A stretch of 64,000 nt of DNA, taken from Thermofilaceae archaeon. GTDB taxonomy: Archaea; Thermoproteota; Thermoprotei; Thermofilales; Thermofilaceae. The notes beneath the pieces were generated by a model. The model saw nothing but the letters and a program-made list of their open reading frames with translations, was not told the origin of the DNA and ran no database searches. The position numbers and the translations under genes are program-made. The stretch is from positions 160,001 through 224,000 of the forward strand of contig JAWCCZ010000003.1 in the NCBI GenBank assembly GCA_038861545.1, in the 5' to 3' direction. Shown in pieces: positions 22,448 through 31,208 of this stretch. Each line of letters opens with the position of its first letter. Within the stretch, counting starts at the first letter, position 1.

Positions 22448-23369
22448 CTAAAAGCTCAGGTTTCTCAGCGGCACATTTTGAAAACCTGTAGGGACATCTC
22501 TCAAAGAAGGGACAGCCTTCATTAATACTGCCTGGCTTCGGAGGCTCGCCAAAGTAGTATTTAAACTCTTTTTTCACGCCAAGCGTGGGGATAACGTTTA
22601 CGAGCATCGACGTATACGGGTGAAGAGGCTTTAACAGAACTTCACGTACCTCGCCGATTTCTGCCAAGGAGCCCGCGTACATTACGGCTACTTTATCACT
22701 AACTCTGCTAGCGAGGAGAAGGTCATGTGTTATGAAAATTACAGTTAGTCTAGCTTCATCGCGAAGTCTGCGGAGAAGGTTTATAATTTGGAGTCTAAGG
22801 TGAGCATCAAGCGAACTAGTTGGTTCATCTGCTACTAAAACCCGTGCACCGGTTGAAAGGGCGAGAGCAATAGCGGCTCGCTGCTGCATACCTCCGCTAA
22901 GTTCGTGAGGGTACCTATCAAGAGTAGATGTTGGATCCAACCCGGCCATCTCCAGGTACTTTTTGGCTTCAGCCTTTGCCTCCTTTCTAATACTGCCTCG
23001 AAGGCTCTTCAACACGTAGTAGAACTGATCCTCTAACGTGAGGTAAGGGTTGAGACTAGTACCTGGACTTTGAGGAACATAGGTTACAAGTTTTCCTCTA
23101 ATTTTCTCGTAACTCCTTTCCTCCCCTTTTATAACCAGATTACCGTAAACGTAAAGTTCGCCTGCAGTCACCGCATGAGGGGGTAAAATGCCAGATACGG
23201 CAAGTGCAACTGTTGATTTTCCGGATCCGCTTTCACCCACTATGCAGTAAATTTCTCCCTCACTTACTTCGAAGCTGATTCCTTTCACAGCCCAGAGAAC
23301 ATCATCCCTCTCATCCAGGTAACCGATCCTTAATTTTTCGGCTTTTATGGCTAAAACCATAGCCTCCAC
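22395..23369 (-). CDS. Dpp/Opp-type ABC transporter ATP-binding subunit (DppD-like)
   Basis: GESGSGKS, LSGGMQQR, HPYT, GCPFFERC C-terminal cysteine cluster. Confidence 0.93.
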   Translation of the reverse strand: MEAMVLAIKAEKLRIGYLDERDDVLWAVKGISFEVSEGEIYCIVGESGSGKSTVALAVSGILPPHAVTAGELYVYGNLVIKGEERSYEKIRGKLVTYVPQSPGTSLNPYLTLEDQFYYVLKSLRGSIRKEAKAEAKKYLEMAGLDPTSTLDRYPHELSGGMQQRAAIALALSTGARVLVADEPTSSLDAHLRLQIINLLRRLRDEARLTVIFITHDLLLASRVSDKVAVMYAGSLAEIGEVREVLLKPLHPYTSMLVNVIPTLGVKKEFKYYFGEPPKPGSINEGCPFFERCPYRFSKCAAEKPELLVAEGDRYVACWLYNNRG

Positions 23370-24256
23370 CTCCTTCTCATTTTCGGGTCGAGCTCTTCTC
23401 TCAGGCTATCCCCAAGCATGCTAAAGCCAAGAGCAGTTAACAGGATGAAGAGTCCTGGGAATAGGCTTATCCAGGGCATAGAGATCACGTACTTGAAGCC
23501 GTTTTGGACGATGATACCCCAGTCGGGGGCGTCCGGAGGCAATCCAAGCCCAAGGAAGTTTATAGCTGCAGCTTCGAGTAATATGCTACCCATGTCGGTA
23601 ATGGCCTGTACCAGTACGGGTGGTAGCACGTTTACTGCAACATGCTTGAATAACACTTTCCTAGCTGGTACTCCCGCCAACTTCGCCAGAGTAACATAAT
23701 CCATCTCTGTGATGCTTCGAGCGTACACGTACGCGACCCTGGCATACCAGGGCCACCATGTCAGAAGCAAGCTTCCGATAACCACGTGAAGCCCCTGCCC
23801 GAGGACCATTCTGAGTGCAAGAGCTAGGACAATTGCAGGTAAAGCTAGGAAAACTTCGGCGACATAGTTAACAATTGTTTCGATAGCTTGCCTATAGTAA
23901 GCAGCACAGATTCCCAGCAGTAAGCCCAGTGCTAAGCCAACCAAGATAACTGCTAGCGACTGAACCAGTGCCAGCCACGCCCCGACCAGTATCCTAGACA
24001 GTATATCTCTTCCCAAGTGGTCGGTGCCTAGCAAAAATTCCGAGCTCGGAGGTTTTCCCGCCCGCTCCGCCGCCTTAGGGGGTACAACTCCCCATCCATC
24101 GCTTGGGTAGGGGGCAATGAATGGTCCAAGAATCGCTACCATGACCATTGCTACCACTATAACTATCCCGGCCCTAAACCGTAAGCTCCTGCCCCAAGCC
24201 CTCTTTGCTAATTCCTCAAGTCCGCCTAAGTTAGAATGACGGCCTTCATTCATCAT
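23351..24256 (-). CDS. ABC transporter permease (DppC-like)
   Basis: LGTDHLGRD, FLGLG..P.PDWG, GDSLRE. Confidence 0.92.
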   Translation of the reverse strand: MMNEGRHSNLGGLEELAKRAWGRSLRFRAGIVIVVAMVMVAILGPFIAPYPSDGWGVVPPKAAERAGKPPSSEFLLGTDHLGRDILSRILVGAWLALVQSLAVILVGLALGLLLGICAAYYRQAIETIVNYVAEVFLALPAIVLALALRMVLGQGLHVVIGSLLLTWWPWYARVAYVYARSITEMDYVTLAKLAGVPARKVLFKHVAVNVLPPVLVQAITDMGSILLEAAAINFLGLGLPPDAPDWGIIVQNGFKYVISMPWISLFPGLFILLTALGFSMLGDSLREELDPKMRRRWRLWF

Positions 24257-25278
24257 AATTTCACCCTAGGATCCACGATAGCTTGTACAATATCTGCCAG
24301 GGTATTGGCGAGTACGTAGAATAAAGCAACCACTACCATTAACCCGATGGAGAGCCTAAAGTCACCGGTGTTAACAGAGTCGAATAGAAACCTGCCTAGA
24401 CCATCGCGTCCAAAAACATACTCAACAACCATCGCATCCACAAGACTGTACGCGAATGCAAGGCCTGAAACTTGAACGAGGCCAGCTAGTGCTGCTCTAA
24501 AAGCGTACCTCCATACGATGGCACGCTTAGAAACGCCCCAAGCAACCGCCGATTGTACAAAACCTTCTAAAAGGGCGTCTGCCATTAAAGCTCTAGTTAC
24601 TCGTGTGCATACGCCAACAGGGTACGCGGAGACCGCCAGCGCCGGTGGAAGTGTCCTAGTTAAAACATCTAAGAAAACTGGAAAGTTAAACTGCAGCAAC
24701 GCATCTAAAAGGTAAAGGCCAGTAATGCTTTTAAAGCCTGTTGCCAGTGCAAGTCTGGTATCCACCCTACCGTACGCGGTGATACCCGAGGCGTTGAGGA
24801 TCATAAAAATAGCTATACCGAGCCAAAAGGTTGGCGTGTTAGCTAGAGCAAGGCTTGCTGACTGTATAAAACCGTCCAGCCACGTGCCTCGGCGCAGGGA
24901 AGTTGTAACGCCAATGAACGCACCTAGGGGGATGGCTATAATATAAGCTAAAACGAGCAATTCCAGGGTAGCCGCTAAACCATGCCAGAGAATCTCGAAA
25001 ACCGGTTTTTTATAAGCGATTGAAAGCCCTAGGTCGCCGGTAAACACCATCCGAAGGAAGTTAAGTACTTGCAAGTAAAGGGGTTGGTCGAGACCTAGTT
25101 CTTTTCTCGCGTTCTCGATGGCTTTAGCTGCACCTGGACCACGAGGATTACCGGCCCACTTAATCGCAGGATCTCCAGGAGACAGTATTAATACAAGATA
25201 GGAAAAGGTAACAACCCCAGCTATTATTGTGATGCTCCAAGCGATCCGTTTAATTAAATAATTTAAACTAATCGGCAT
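24253..25278 (-). CDS. ABC transporter permease (DppB-like)
   Basis: PGDPA, GLDQPL, GDLGLS, DPRV. Confidence 0.92.
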   Translation of the reverse strand: MPISLNYLIKRIAWSITIIAGVVTFSYLVLILSPGDPAIKWAGNPRGPGAAKAIENARKELGLDQPLYLQVLNFLRMVFTGDLGLSIAYKKPVFEILWHGLAATLELLVLAYIIAIPLGAFIGVTTSLRRGTWLDGFIQSASLALANTPTFWLGIAIFMILNASGITAYGRVDTRLALATGFKSITGLYLLDALLQFNFPVFLDVLTRTLPPALAVSAYPVGVCTRVTRALMADALLEGFVQSAVAWGVSKRAIVWRYAFRAALAGLVQVSGLAFAYSLVDAMVVEYVFGRDGLGRFLFDSVNTGDFRLSIGLMVVVALFYVLANTLADIVQAIVDPRVKL

Positions 25279-26907
25279 TTATCCCTTTACTCTCACGTGT
25301 TGGAAGAAAACCACGTATATATATAACGGGTTCAACGCTCTCTCGGGTACTTCGACTCTAGAGCTGACAACGAAAGGCCTTACTTCTTCCCATAAACTTA
25401 TTCCTGCCCCTTCCTCGTAGATAATTCTTTGTGCAACTTTGTATAATTGCATCGCTTCCCCGTAATCACTACCCTCCATCTCGTAAGCTGCATCAACTAG
25501 CTCGTCAAATTCTGGGTTGCTGTAGCCAGCCCAATTCCACTCCGTTGACTCGCTATAGAAAAGGCCATAAAGGTAATCGTAGGGCGACGGAAGCGTGGGC
25601 CACCAATCATTGATTATCAGGTGGGGAGCGTTATCGGGATTGCTCCAAACCTCCTTGCCAGCTTCCTTTACAGCTGTCCAAGCCATCGGTTTCAACTCTA
25701 CAGTGATTCCCAGGTCGGCGAGCCTAGATTTCAGGAGCTGGGCGAACGCCGCGTTTTCCTCGTAATCGGCTTGGTAAACAAACTCAACTGTGACGGGGAT
25801 TTTTACTCCACTTTCTTTCAAGTATTCACTAGCGAGATCCAAATCGTAAGTGTATTTCAGGTTTCCATCGTAGCCCGGGAAATTGTAAGGTAACACTCCA
25901 GCTCCTAACCTCCCGAAGCCTTGAAGCACTACGTCTATCAACTCGCTCCAGGGTATAGCGTGCATCACAGCCAGCCGGAACGCAGCCACGTTAGTCGGAT
26001 ATCGTCTACAGTTAAACTGAAGAATATAGTTATGGAAAACACTCACGTTGAGTATCTGGAAACCTCTGGCTTTAAGGTCACCTAAATTTGCTCTCGGGAC
26101 ACTAGAGGCTATATCTATCTCGCCCGCAAGCAACCCATTGTATTGATCAAGTGGGTCCGTTCTAATTCGTATAATAACGACGTCTGGCGCCTCTGGGTTA
26201 TTTACCATGTTCCATCCCCACCATTTTTCAAATTTTCTTAGCCGCACTTCCGATTCTGGACTATAAGACTCGATCATATAGGGACCACTTCCCGCATCAT
26301 TACCAGCGTTAAACCATCTCTCCAAATTCGGGTCCAAGGGATTCTCTACTCCAGCTTTCTCCAGCGCCGATGGGCTGAAGATGTAGCCGGCATAAATAGC
26401 TGAGGCTAGCATGTCAACGCGTTGCGGATAGGCCAGCTTAATCTTAACCGAGTAATCATCTATAACTTCGACTTCATCTACAGCGTCCCAGATATAGCCA
26501 GCACCTCTGCCGAACTCTCTGTAGACATCTCTAGCCCTCTCAATGGATAATTTCACCGCCTTTGCATTAAAGGGGGTGCCATCATGGAATACAACATCTT
26601 GTCGCAGCCTAAATATCCACACTGTACCGTCTTCACTGCTTTCCCAGCTTTCAGCGAGCGCCGGTATATGCTCTCCTTTAACCGGGTCGTAGTAGAGAAG
26701 AGGTTCATATACTGAGCCCAGGACAACGATTCCCGTATCATCCTCGATCGAGGGATCAACGCCGGTTACCACATCTAAGTACGAGTAAACGACCACTTTT
26801 GGAGTTGGGACACGTTGTATGGGTTGCAGGTACCAAACGTACAGTAAAAGTAAAACAGAGACTACAACGATGACGCCAATTATACCCCATAAGGGCCCTT
26901 TTTTCAT
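25279..26907 (-). CDS. ABC transporter substrate-binding protein (family 5)
   Basis: N-terminal TM anchor, LAESWE, FHDGTPFNA, GSGPY. Confidence 0.92.
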   Translation of the reverse strand: MKKGPLWGIIGVIVVVSVLLLLYVWYLQPIQRVPTPKVVVYSYLDVVTGVDPSIEDDTGIVVLGSVYEPLLYYDPVKGEHIPALAESWESSEDGTVWIFRLRQDVVFHDGTPFNAKAVKLSIERARDVYREFGRGAGYIWDAVDEVEVIDDYSVKIKLAYPQRVDMLASAIYAGYIFSPSALEKAGVENPLDPNLERWFNAGNDAGSGPYMIESYSPESEVRLRKFEKWWGWNMVNNPEAPDVVIIRIRTDPLDQYNGLLAGEIDIASSVPRANLGDLKARGFQILNVSVFHNYILQFNCRRYPTNVAAFRLAVMHAIPWSELIDVVLQGFGRLGAGVLPYNFPGYDGNLKYTYDLDLASEYLKESGVKIPVTVEFVYQADYEENAAFAQLLKSRLADLGITVELKPMAWTAVKEAGKEVWSNPDNAPHLIINDWWPTLPSPYDYLYGLFYSESTEWNWAGYSNPEFDELVDAAYEMEGSDYGEAMQLYKVAQRIIYEEGAGISLWEEVRPFVVSSRVEVPERALNPLYIYVVFFQHVRVKG

Positions 26908-26962
26908 CCCAGCGGGTTCGCTTAACCTACTTTTTAAACCTGTCCCTTAAGACAGTAATTAG

Positions 26963-27904
26963 GTGGACAGCGTGCAGGTGCTCGTAACCGGTGGTGCGGG
27001 CTTCATTGGGAGCCACTTAGTAAGGAGGTTAACAGCTGAGGGTTTTCAAGTGACTGTATTAGATAACCTTTCCTCGGGTAACTTAGGCAACTTAAGCTGT
27101 TTTTCAGAGAAAGTGAACTTCGTGGAAGGCGATGTAAGGAACCCCGATGTAGTCGAAGAATCTGCTAATGGCGCGGAAGCTATAGTACACCTAGCCGCGC
27201 TCATAGATGTAGCCGAGTCTATCAAGAAACCCCGCCTCTACGTAGATGTAAACGTTTCGGGAACCCTAAACGTCCTCGAAGCCGCTAAGAAAGCGGAGGT
27301 CTTTGTCTTTGCATCCAGTGCCGCTGTCTATGGAGAACCCCTTTCACTACCGATAGAAGAGCTACACCCGCTTGCCCCGCTTTCGCCATACGGCGCAACT
27401 AAGGTAGCCGGAGAAGCATTGGTGCAAGCATACGCCCGTATACGCGGGTTCCGCCCTGTGATACTAAGGATCTTTAACGTTTACGGACCGAAGCAGAGCA
27501 AAGCGTATGCAGATGTCGTGCTCGAGTTTACGAAAAGAGTTTTAAAGGATGAACCTCCGATAATTTACGGGGACGGTGAGCAAACCAGGGATTTCATATA
27601 CGTTGACGACGTAGTGGAGTGCCTCGTAGCGGCGATCAAGAATCGGCATGCATGCGGCGTGTATAACGTAGGTAGCGGGAAAGCTGTAAGTATAGGAGAG
27701 CTGGCGAGAACGGTTGCGGAGGTACTTGGAAAACCGAATCTAAAACCGGTATACGCCCCCGCTAGGCCCGGAGACGTTAAACACTCAGTAGCTTCAATTA
27801 GCAGGTTAAGGGAATGCTTAGGATACACACCTAGGTTTTCGCTTGAGCAGGGCCTTAGAAAGCTTTCCGAATATCTGCTTGAACTAGCTGGTAAAGGTTT
27901 ATAG
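26963..27904 (+). CDS. galE: NAD-dependent epimerase (UDP-glucose 4-epimerase-like)
   Basis: GGAGFIG, SSAAVYG, YGATK, FNVYGP, RDFIYV. Confidence 0.78.
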   Translation: MDSVQVLVTGGAGFIGSHLVRRLTAEGFQVTVLDNLSSGNLGNLSCFSEKVNFVEGDVRNPDVVEESANGAEAIVHLAALIDVAESIKKPRLYVDVNVSGTLNVLEAAKKAEVFVFASSAAVYGEPLSLPIEELHPLAPLSPYGATKVAGEALVQAYARIRGFRPVILRIFNVYGPKQSKAYADVVLEFTKRVLKDEPPIIYGDGEQTRDFIYVDDVVECLVAAIKNRHACGVYNVGSGKAVSIGELARTVAEVLGKPNLKPVYAPARPGDVKHSVASISRLRECLGYTPRFSLEQGLRKLSEYLLELAGKGL

Positions 27905-28810
27905 ATGTCTAATTCAAGGCGAACAGGGGATCGCTTGAAGGCGGTAATCCTAGCGGCGGGCTTGGGCTCTCGCCTTATACCCTATAGCAAGGAGATGCCG
28001 AAGGAGATGCTCCCGATACTTATAGTTGAAGACGATAAACCGGTGCTGAAGCCAATACTTCAAGCAGTCTTCGAGCAACTTTACGAAGCCGGTGTCCGCG
28101 ATTTCTGTTTCGTGGTGGGAAGGGGTAAGAGAGCGGTCGAAGACCATTTTACACCAGACTGGGATTACGTGGAGTTCCTAAGAGGAAAAGGTAAGCTAGT
28201 GGAAGCCGAGCTACTCGAGAAGTTTTATAGGAGAATCGAGAGCTCGAACATCATATGGGTGAACCAGCCAATTCCCAGGGGAACCGGCGACGCCGTTATG
28301 CAGGCAAGACACTTCGCCGGGAACGGTTACTTTTTTGTTGCAGCTGGCGATAACCTTTTCTTAGGCGATAACGTAGCGCAAAAACTGTTGGAACTGCACG
28401 GGAAGTTTAATTCAGCTGTAATGGCCGCTAAGCGAGTTCCTGATGCGAGGAAGTATGGTGTCATTGTAGGCCGCAGCCTGTCAGAGCGCGTGCTGAAGCT
28501 CGAAGCAATAATTGAGAAACCCGATAAACCGCCTACGAATCTCGCGAACACGTCGCTTTACCTGCTGCCACCAGAGATCTTCGATTCACTGAAGGAGTGC
28601 GAGCTCAGTCCGCGCGGCGAGCTTGAGATAACAGATGCTATTCAAAAGCTAGTCCAGCGTGGGATTGACATTTATGCTTACGATGTCGGAGACACTTATT
28701 GGGTGGACGTAGGAACTCCAGAAACTTACCTCGATGCCCTTCTCTTGTCGTTGAAAGTGAGTGGAAATCAGAAAGTAGTAGGACGGGCAGTTGAAGTGTT
28801 GAAGCTTTAA
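27905..28810 (+). CDS. galU: UTP--glucose-1-phosphate uridylyltransferase-like
   Basis: LAAGLGSRL..PKEMLPI, GKRAVEDHF, EKP, GELEITDAI. Confidence 0.8.
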   Translation: MSNSRRTGDRLKAVILAAGLGSRLIPYSKEMPKEMLPILIVEDDKPVLKPILQAVFEQLYEAGVRDFCFVVGRGKRAVEDHFTPDWDYVEFLRGKGKLVEAELLEKFYRRIESSNIIWVNQPIPRGTGDAVMQARHFAGNGYFFVAAGDNLFLGDNVAQKLLELHGKFNSAVMAAKRVPDARKYGVIVGRSLSERVLKLEAIIEKPDKPPTNLANTSLYLLPPEIFDSLKECELSPRGELEITDAIQKLVQRGIDIYAYDVGDTYWVDVGTPETYLDALLLSLKVSGNQKVVGRAVEVLKL

Positions 28811-29721
28811 GGTGGCATAAAGGCTGGGCTTGAATCAGTAGGTATTTCCTTCACTGCGTTTAAAGTCTCCCTAACCTTACGCGGCAACTGGAACAGGAAC
28901 CTATGTGTATACCCGTCATAGAATTGGAGCTCTCCTCGCAGCAATCTCAGCCTAACGCTAATATCCTCCGAGTTAAACGAGAGTGGGTCTCTCTCTAAGC
29001 TACCTAGGACGAACCCCCAGAAGCTGAGAAAGCTTATCATTGGAGCAGTGTAGGGTTTAACTATTGGGAACGTAGCAGCTACGGCGTTTCGAATTTTCGC
29101 GAAAGTTTCAAGGGAAAAGCGGAGTGAGGTAGCTTGCGTCACCATCACACCGTTGTTGCTTAACCTGCGCTTAACCAGCTCGTAGAACTCCTTAGTATAC
29201 AAGAAAACTGAAGGAGTTCCTGGTATCGGATCTGTAAGGTCTAGAATAACAACATCGAACATCTCGTCGCTTTCTTCAATGAACTTTCTTCCATCGCCGA
29301 TAACGAGCTCGAAGCGAGGGTCCTCAAATGCACCTTGGCTCCACTCAGGCATGTAACTCTTACACAACTCTACAAGCTCTCTGTCGATATCAACCATGAC
29401 TACTTGCTCCACGCTCGGGTATCGCAGAACCTCCCTAGCGGTAGCCCCTTCCCCACCCCCAATTATTAACACTTTTCTCGGGTTGGGATGTGTCACCATA
29501 GCCGGGTGGACTAGTGATTCGTGGTATACCCATTCGTCATATTCGCTGCTTTGCAGCTTCCCGTCAAGGAACAGACATTTACCGAACGAGTAACTGTCTA
29601 CTATATCCACTTGCTGGAACTTAGTCTTCCCAGTGTAAATAGTCCTTTTAACTCCATGCAAATGCCCCTCATAGGGCATTTGCATCCATTCAATCACATA
29701 CCTCCAAGAAACTTCAACCAT
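28807..29721 (-). CDS. speE: Polyamine aminopropyltransferase (spermidine synthase)
   Basis: LDGKLQS, YHESLVHP, IGGGEG, DLTDP. Confidence 0.93.
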   Translation of the reverse strand: MVEVSWRYVIEWMQMPYEGHLHGVKRTIYTGKTKFQQVDIVDSYSFGKCLFLDGKLQSSEYDEWVYHESLVHPAMVTHPNPRKVLIIGGGEGATAREVLRYPSVEQVVMVDIDRELVELCKSYMPEWSQGAFEDPRFELVIGDGRKFIEESDEMFDVVILDLTDPIPGTPSVFLYTKEFYELVKRRLSNNGVMVTQATSLRFSLETFAKIRNAVAATFPIVKPYTAPMISFLSFWGFVLGSLERDPLSFNSEDISVRLRLLRGELQFYDGYTHRFLFQLPRKVRETLNAVKEIPTDSSPAFMPP

Positions 29722-29755
29722 AAGAGTTATCCCATGGAGCCAGTAAAAAGTTTTG

Positions 29756-30157
29756 TTAATACTTGAAGAGCGGCGGCAGTAGCCTAGATTTTCTCCAAGC
29801 CTCTTCGACTTCCTCCAGCCTAGGTTGCTCGACCCCTAACTCCGATGCTCTCCTAGCAACCACGGTCAGCACGTAATCCAGTGGCCTGAGTGCAAGCTCC
29901 AAGGGCGTATGGATACCAGCTTCTATTAACAGCTCCGCTAGCTCAAGGCTAGCGACGCGACACATATCTGCAATTCTCACCAACTTTAGGAGCTCTCCCT
30001 CGCTAACTCCAACACTGCGAGCCAATGTTCTTCTATCTTGAGCAGTTACTGTTAACTCCACTAACTCCCACAAGCTATGTAGCCCGTAAGCTCTTAATGC
30101 TTTTACTATGCGTTGATCAGCGAACTTTAGCCGGTCTATGCCGACTGGATCACTCAC
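29756..30157 (-). CDS. DUF4332-like HhH protein
   Basis: DRRTLARSVGVS..LLKLVRIADMCRV, AELLIEAGI. Confidence 0.7.
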   Translation of the reverse strand: MSDPVGIDRLKFADQRIVKALRAYGLHSLWELVELTVTAQDRRTLARSVGVSEGELLKLVRIADMCRVASLELAELLIEAGIHTPLELALRPLDYVLTVVARRASELGVEQPRLEEVEEAWRKSRLLPPLFKY

Positions 30158-30250
30158 AGTTTTCCAACAAATGACGGTTTAAACTTGCTACTCCCTGAAA
30201 CCGTTGAGGAAAGCAAGAAGTTTATGAACTGGCTACATGCATAAAGTATA

Positions 30251-30870
30251 GTGTCGCTCAAAGAGGAGTTCCTAAGGCTTTTAAAAGAAAACGAGGAGTT
30301 CAGGCTAGCAGTGGCAGTGTACCTAGACATCAAAGACTTAACACCGGTCCTCGATAGACTAGTACGGGCAGGCCACTCTCTCAGAAAGTCTATCGCTGCG
30401 CAAAGCGGGCAGCTGAAAAGCCAAACAGAGAGCATAAACTTATTCTAAAGCGCTGTAAAGTACCAAGGAGAAAAAGTTGAAACGCTTTAAAAAGCTCTGA
30501 GAACCCATGGTGAAAAACTCGACTCGCCTGAAAGCGCCGTAAAAGGGCTTGTGAAGGCTGTAAAGGTGTTAAGGGAGGCGAGTGCAAAACATGAGGAGCG
30601 GCTTACTAGGATCGAGGGAGATGTCCGCTCGATTAAGTCTAACCTTGACAAATACTTGATAAGCCTTGAAGAAGAGGCGAACGAGGTTATTGGTATCTCC
30701 TCAAGCAGAGAGGTTACCAATTATCCACGGATCCTGCAAGCTTTGACGCCAAGTATGAGTTAGATATCTGCGGAACAGACTGATACTTGACGGTTATCGG
30801 AGAGGCGAAGGTGAGAGCTGGTACGAGAACGATTAAATGGGTCTTTGAGAGAGCGGACATTGGGGGAAAG
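30251..30870 (+). pseudogene. Fragmented archaeal coiled-coil protein (paREP15/DUF3782-like) with PD-(D/E)XK-like tail
   Basis: MSLKEEFLRLLKENEEFRLAVA, heptad segment, ISLEEEANEV, YELDICG and VIGEAKVRAG spread over several frames with stops. Confidence 0.7.
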
Positions 30871-30901
30871 TATTTGTATCCCTCTCCAGCAAGCACTTCC
30901 A

Positions 30902-31198
30902 ATGACGCGGGATCAGGCTATCGGAGCCGGTTTAATGGTCGGATCAATCGCCGGCATCGCCCTCTACGGTTGGCTGCTTACGACCCCGTACAGCTCCTTA
31001 GTCATTCATTTAACTGCCTTCATCGCCGTAGCGGGAGTCCTAGGCATCCTCGCGTGGATCGGCTACACACTAGCTACAACCCCACCTCCTAAACCAATCG
31101 AAGAAATCGAAAAGGAAATCGAAGAAGAGCTCAAAAAACTCGAGGAAGAAGCAAAGAAAGAGGGGGAAAGCAAGGAAGCTGCGGCGAGCACGGGATAG
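30902..31198 (+). CDS. Small two-TM protein with acidic coiled-coil tail; DPM2/PIG-P-like by eye
   Basis: ATG at 30902; MTRDQAIGAGL..Y.W....PY..WIGYTLATTPPPKPIEEIEKEIEEE; the CDS is solid, the homology is inferred. Confidence 0.75.
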   Translation: MTRDQAIGAGLMVGSIAGIALYGWLLTTPYSSLVIHLTAFIAVAGVLGILAWIGYTLATTPPPKPIEEIEKEIEEELKKLEEEAKKEGESKEAAASTG

Positions 31199-31208
31199 CG
31201 GGGGGAAC

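Noticed and set aside
30787-31092. 101-aa ORF, and the 30845 start for the small membrane protein
   Set aside because: 30787 is the pseudogene tail reading into an off-frame overlap; the ATG at 30902 fits the protein better.
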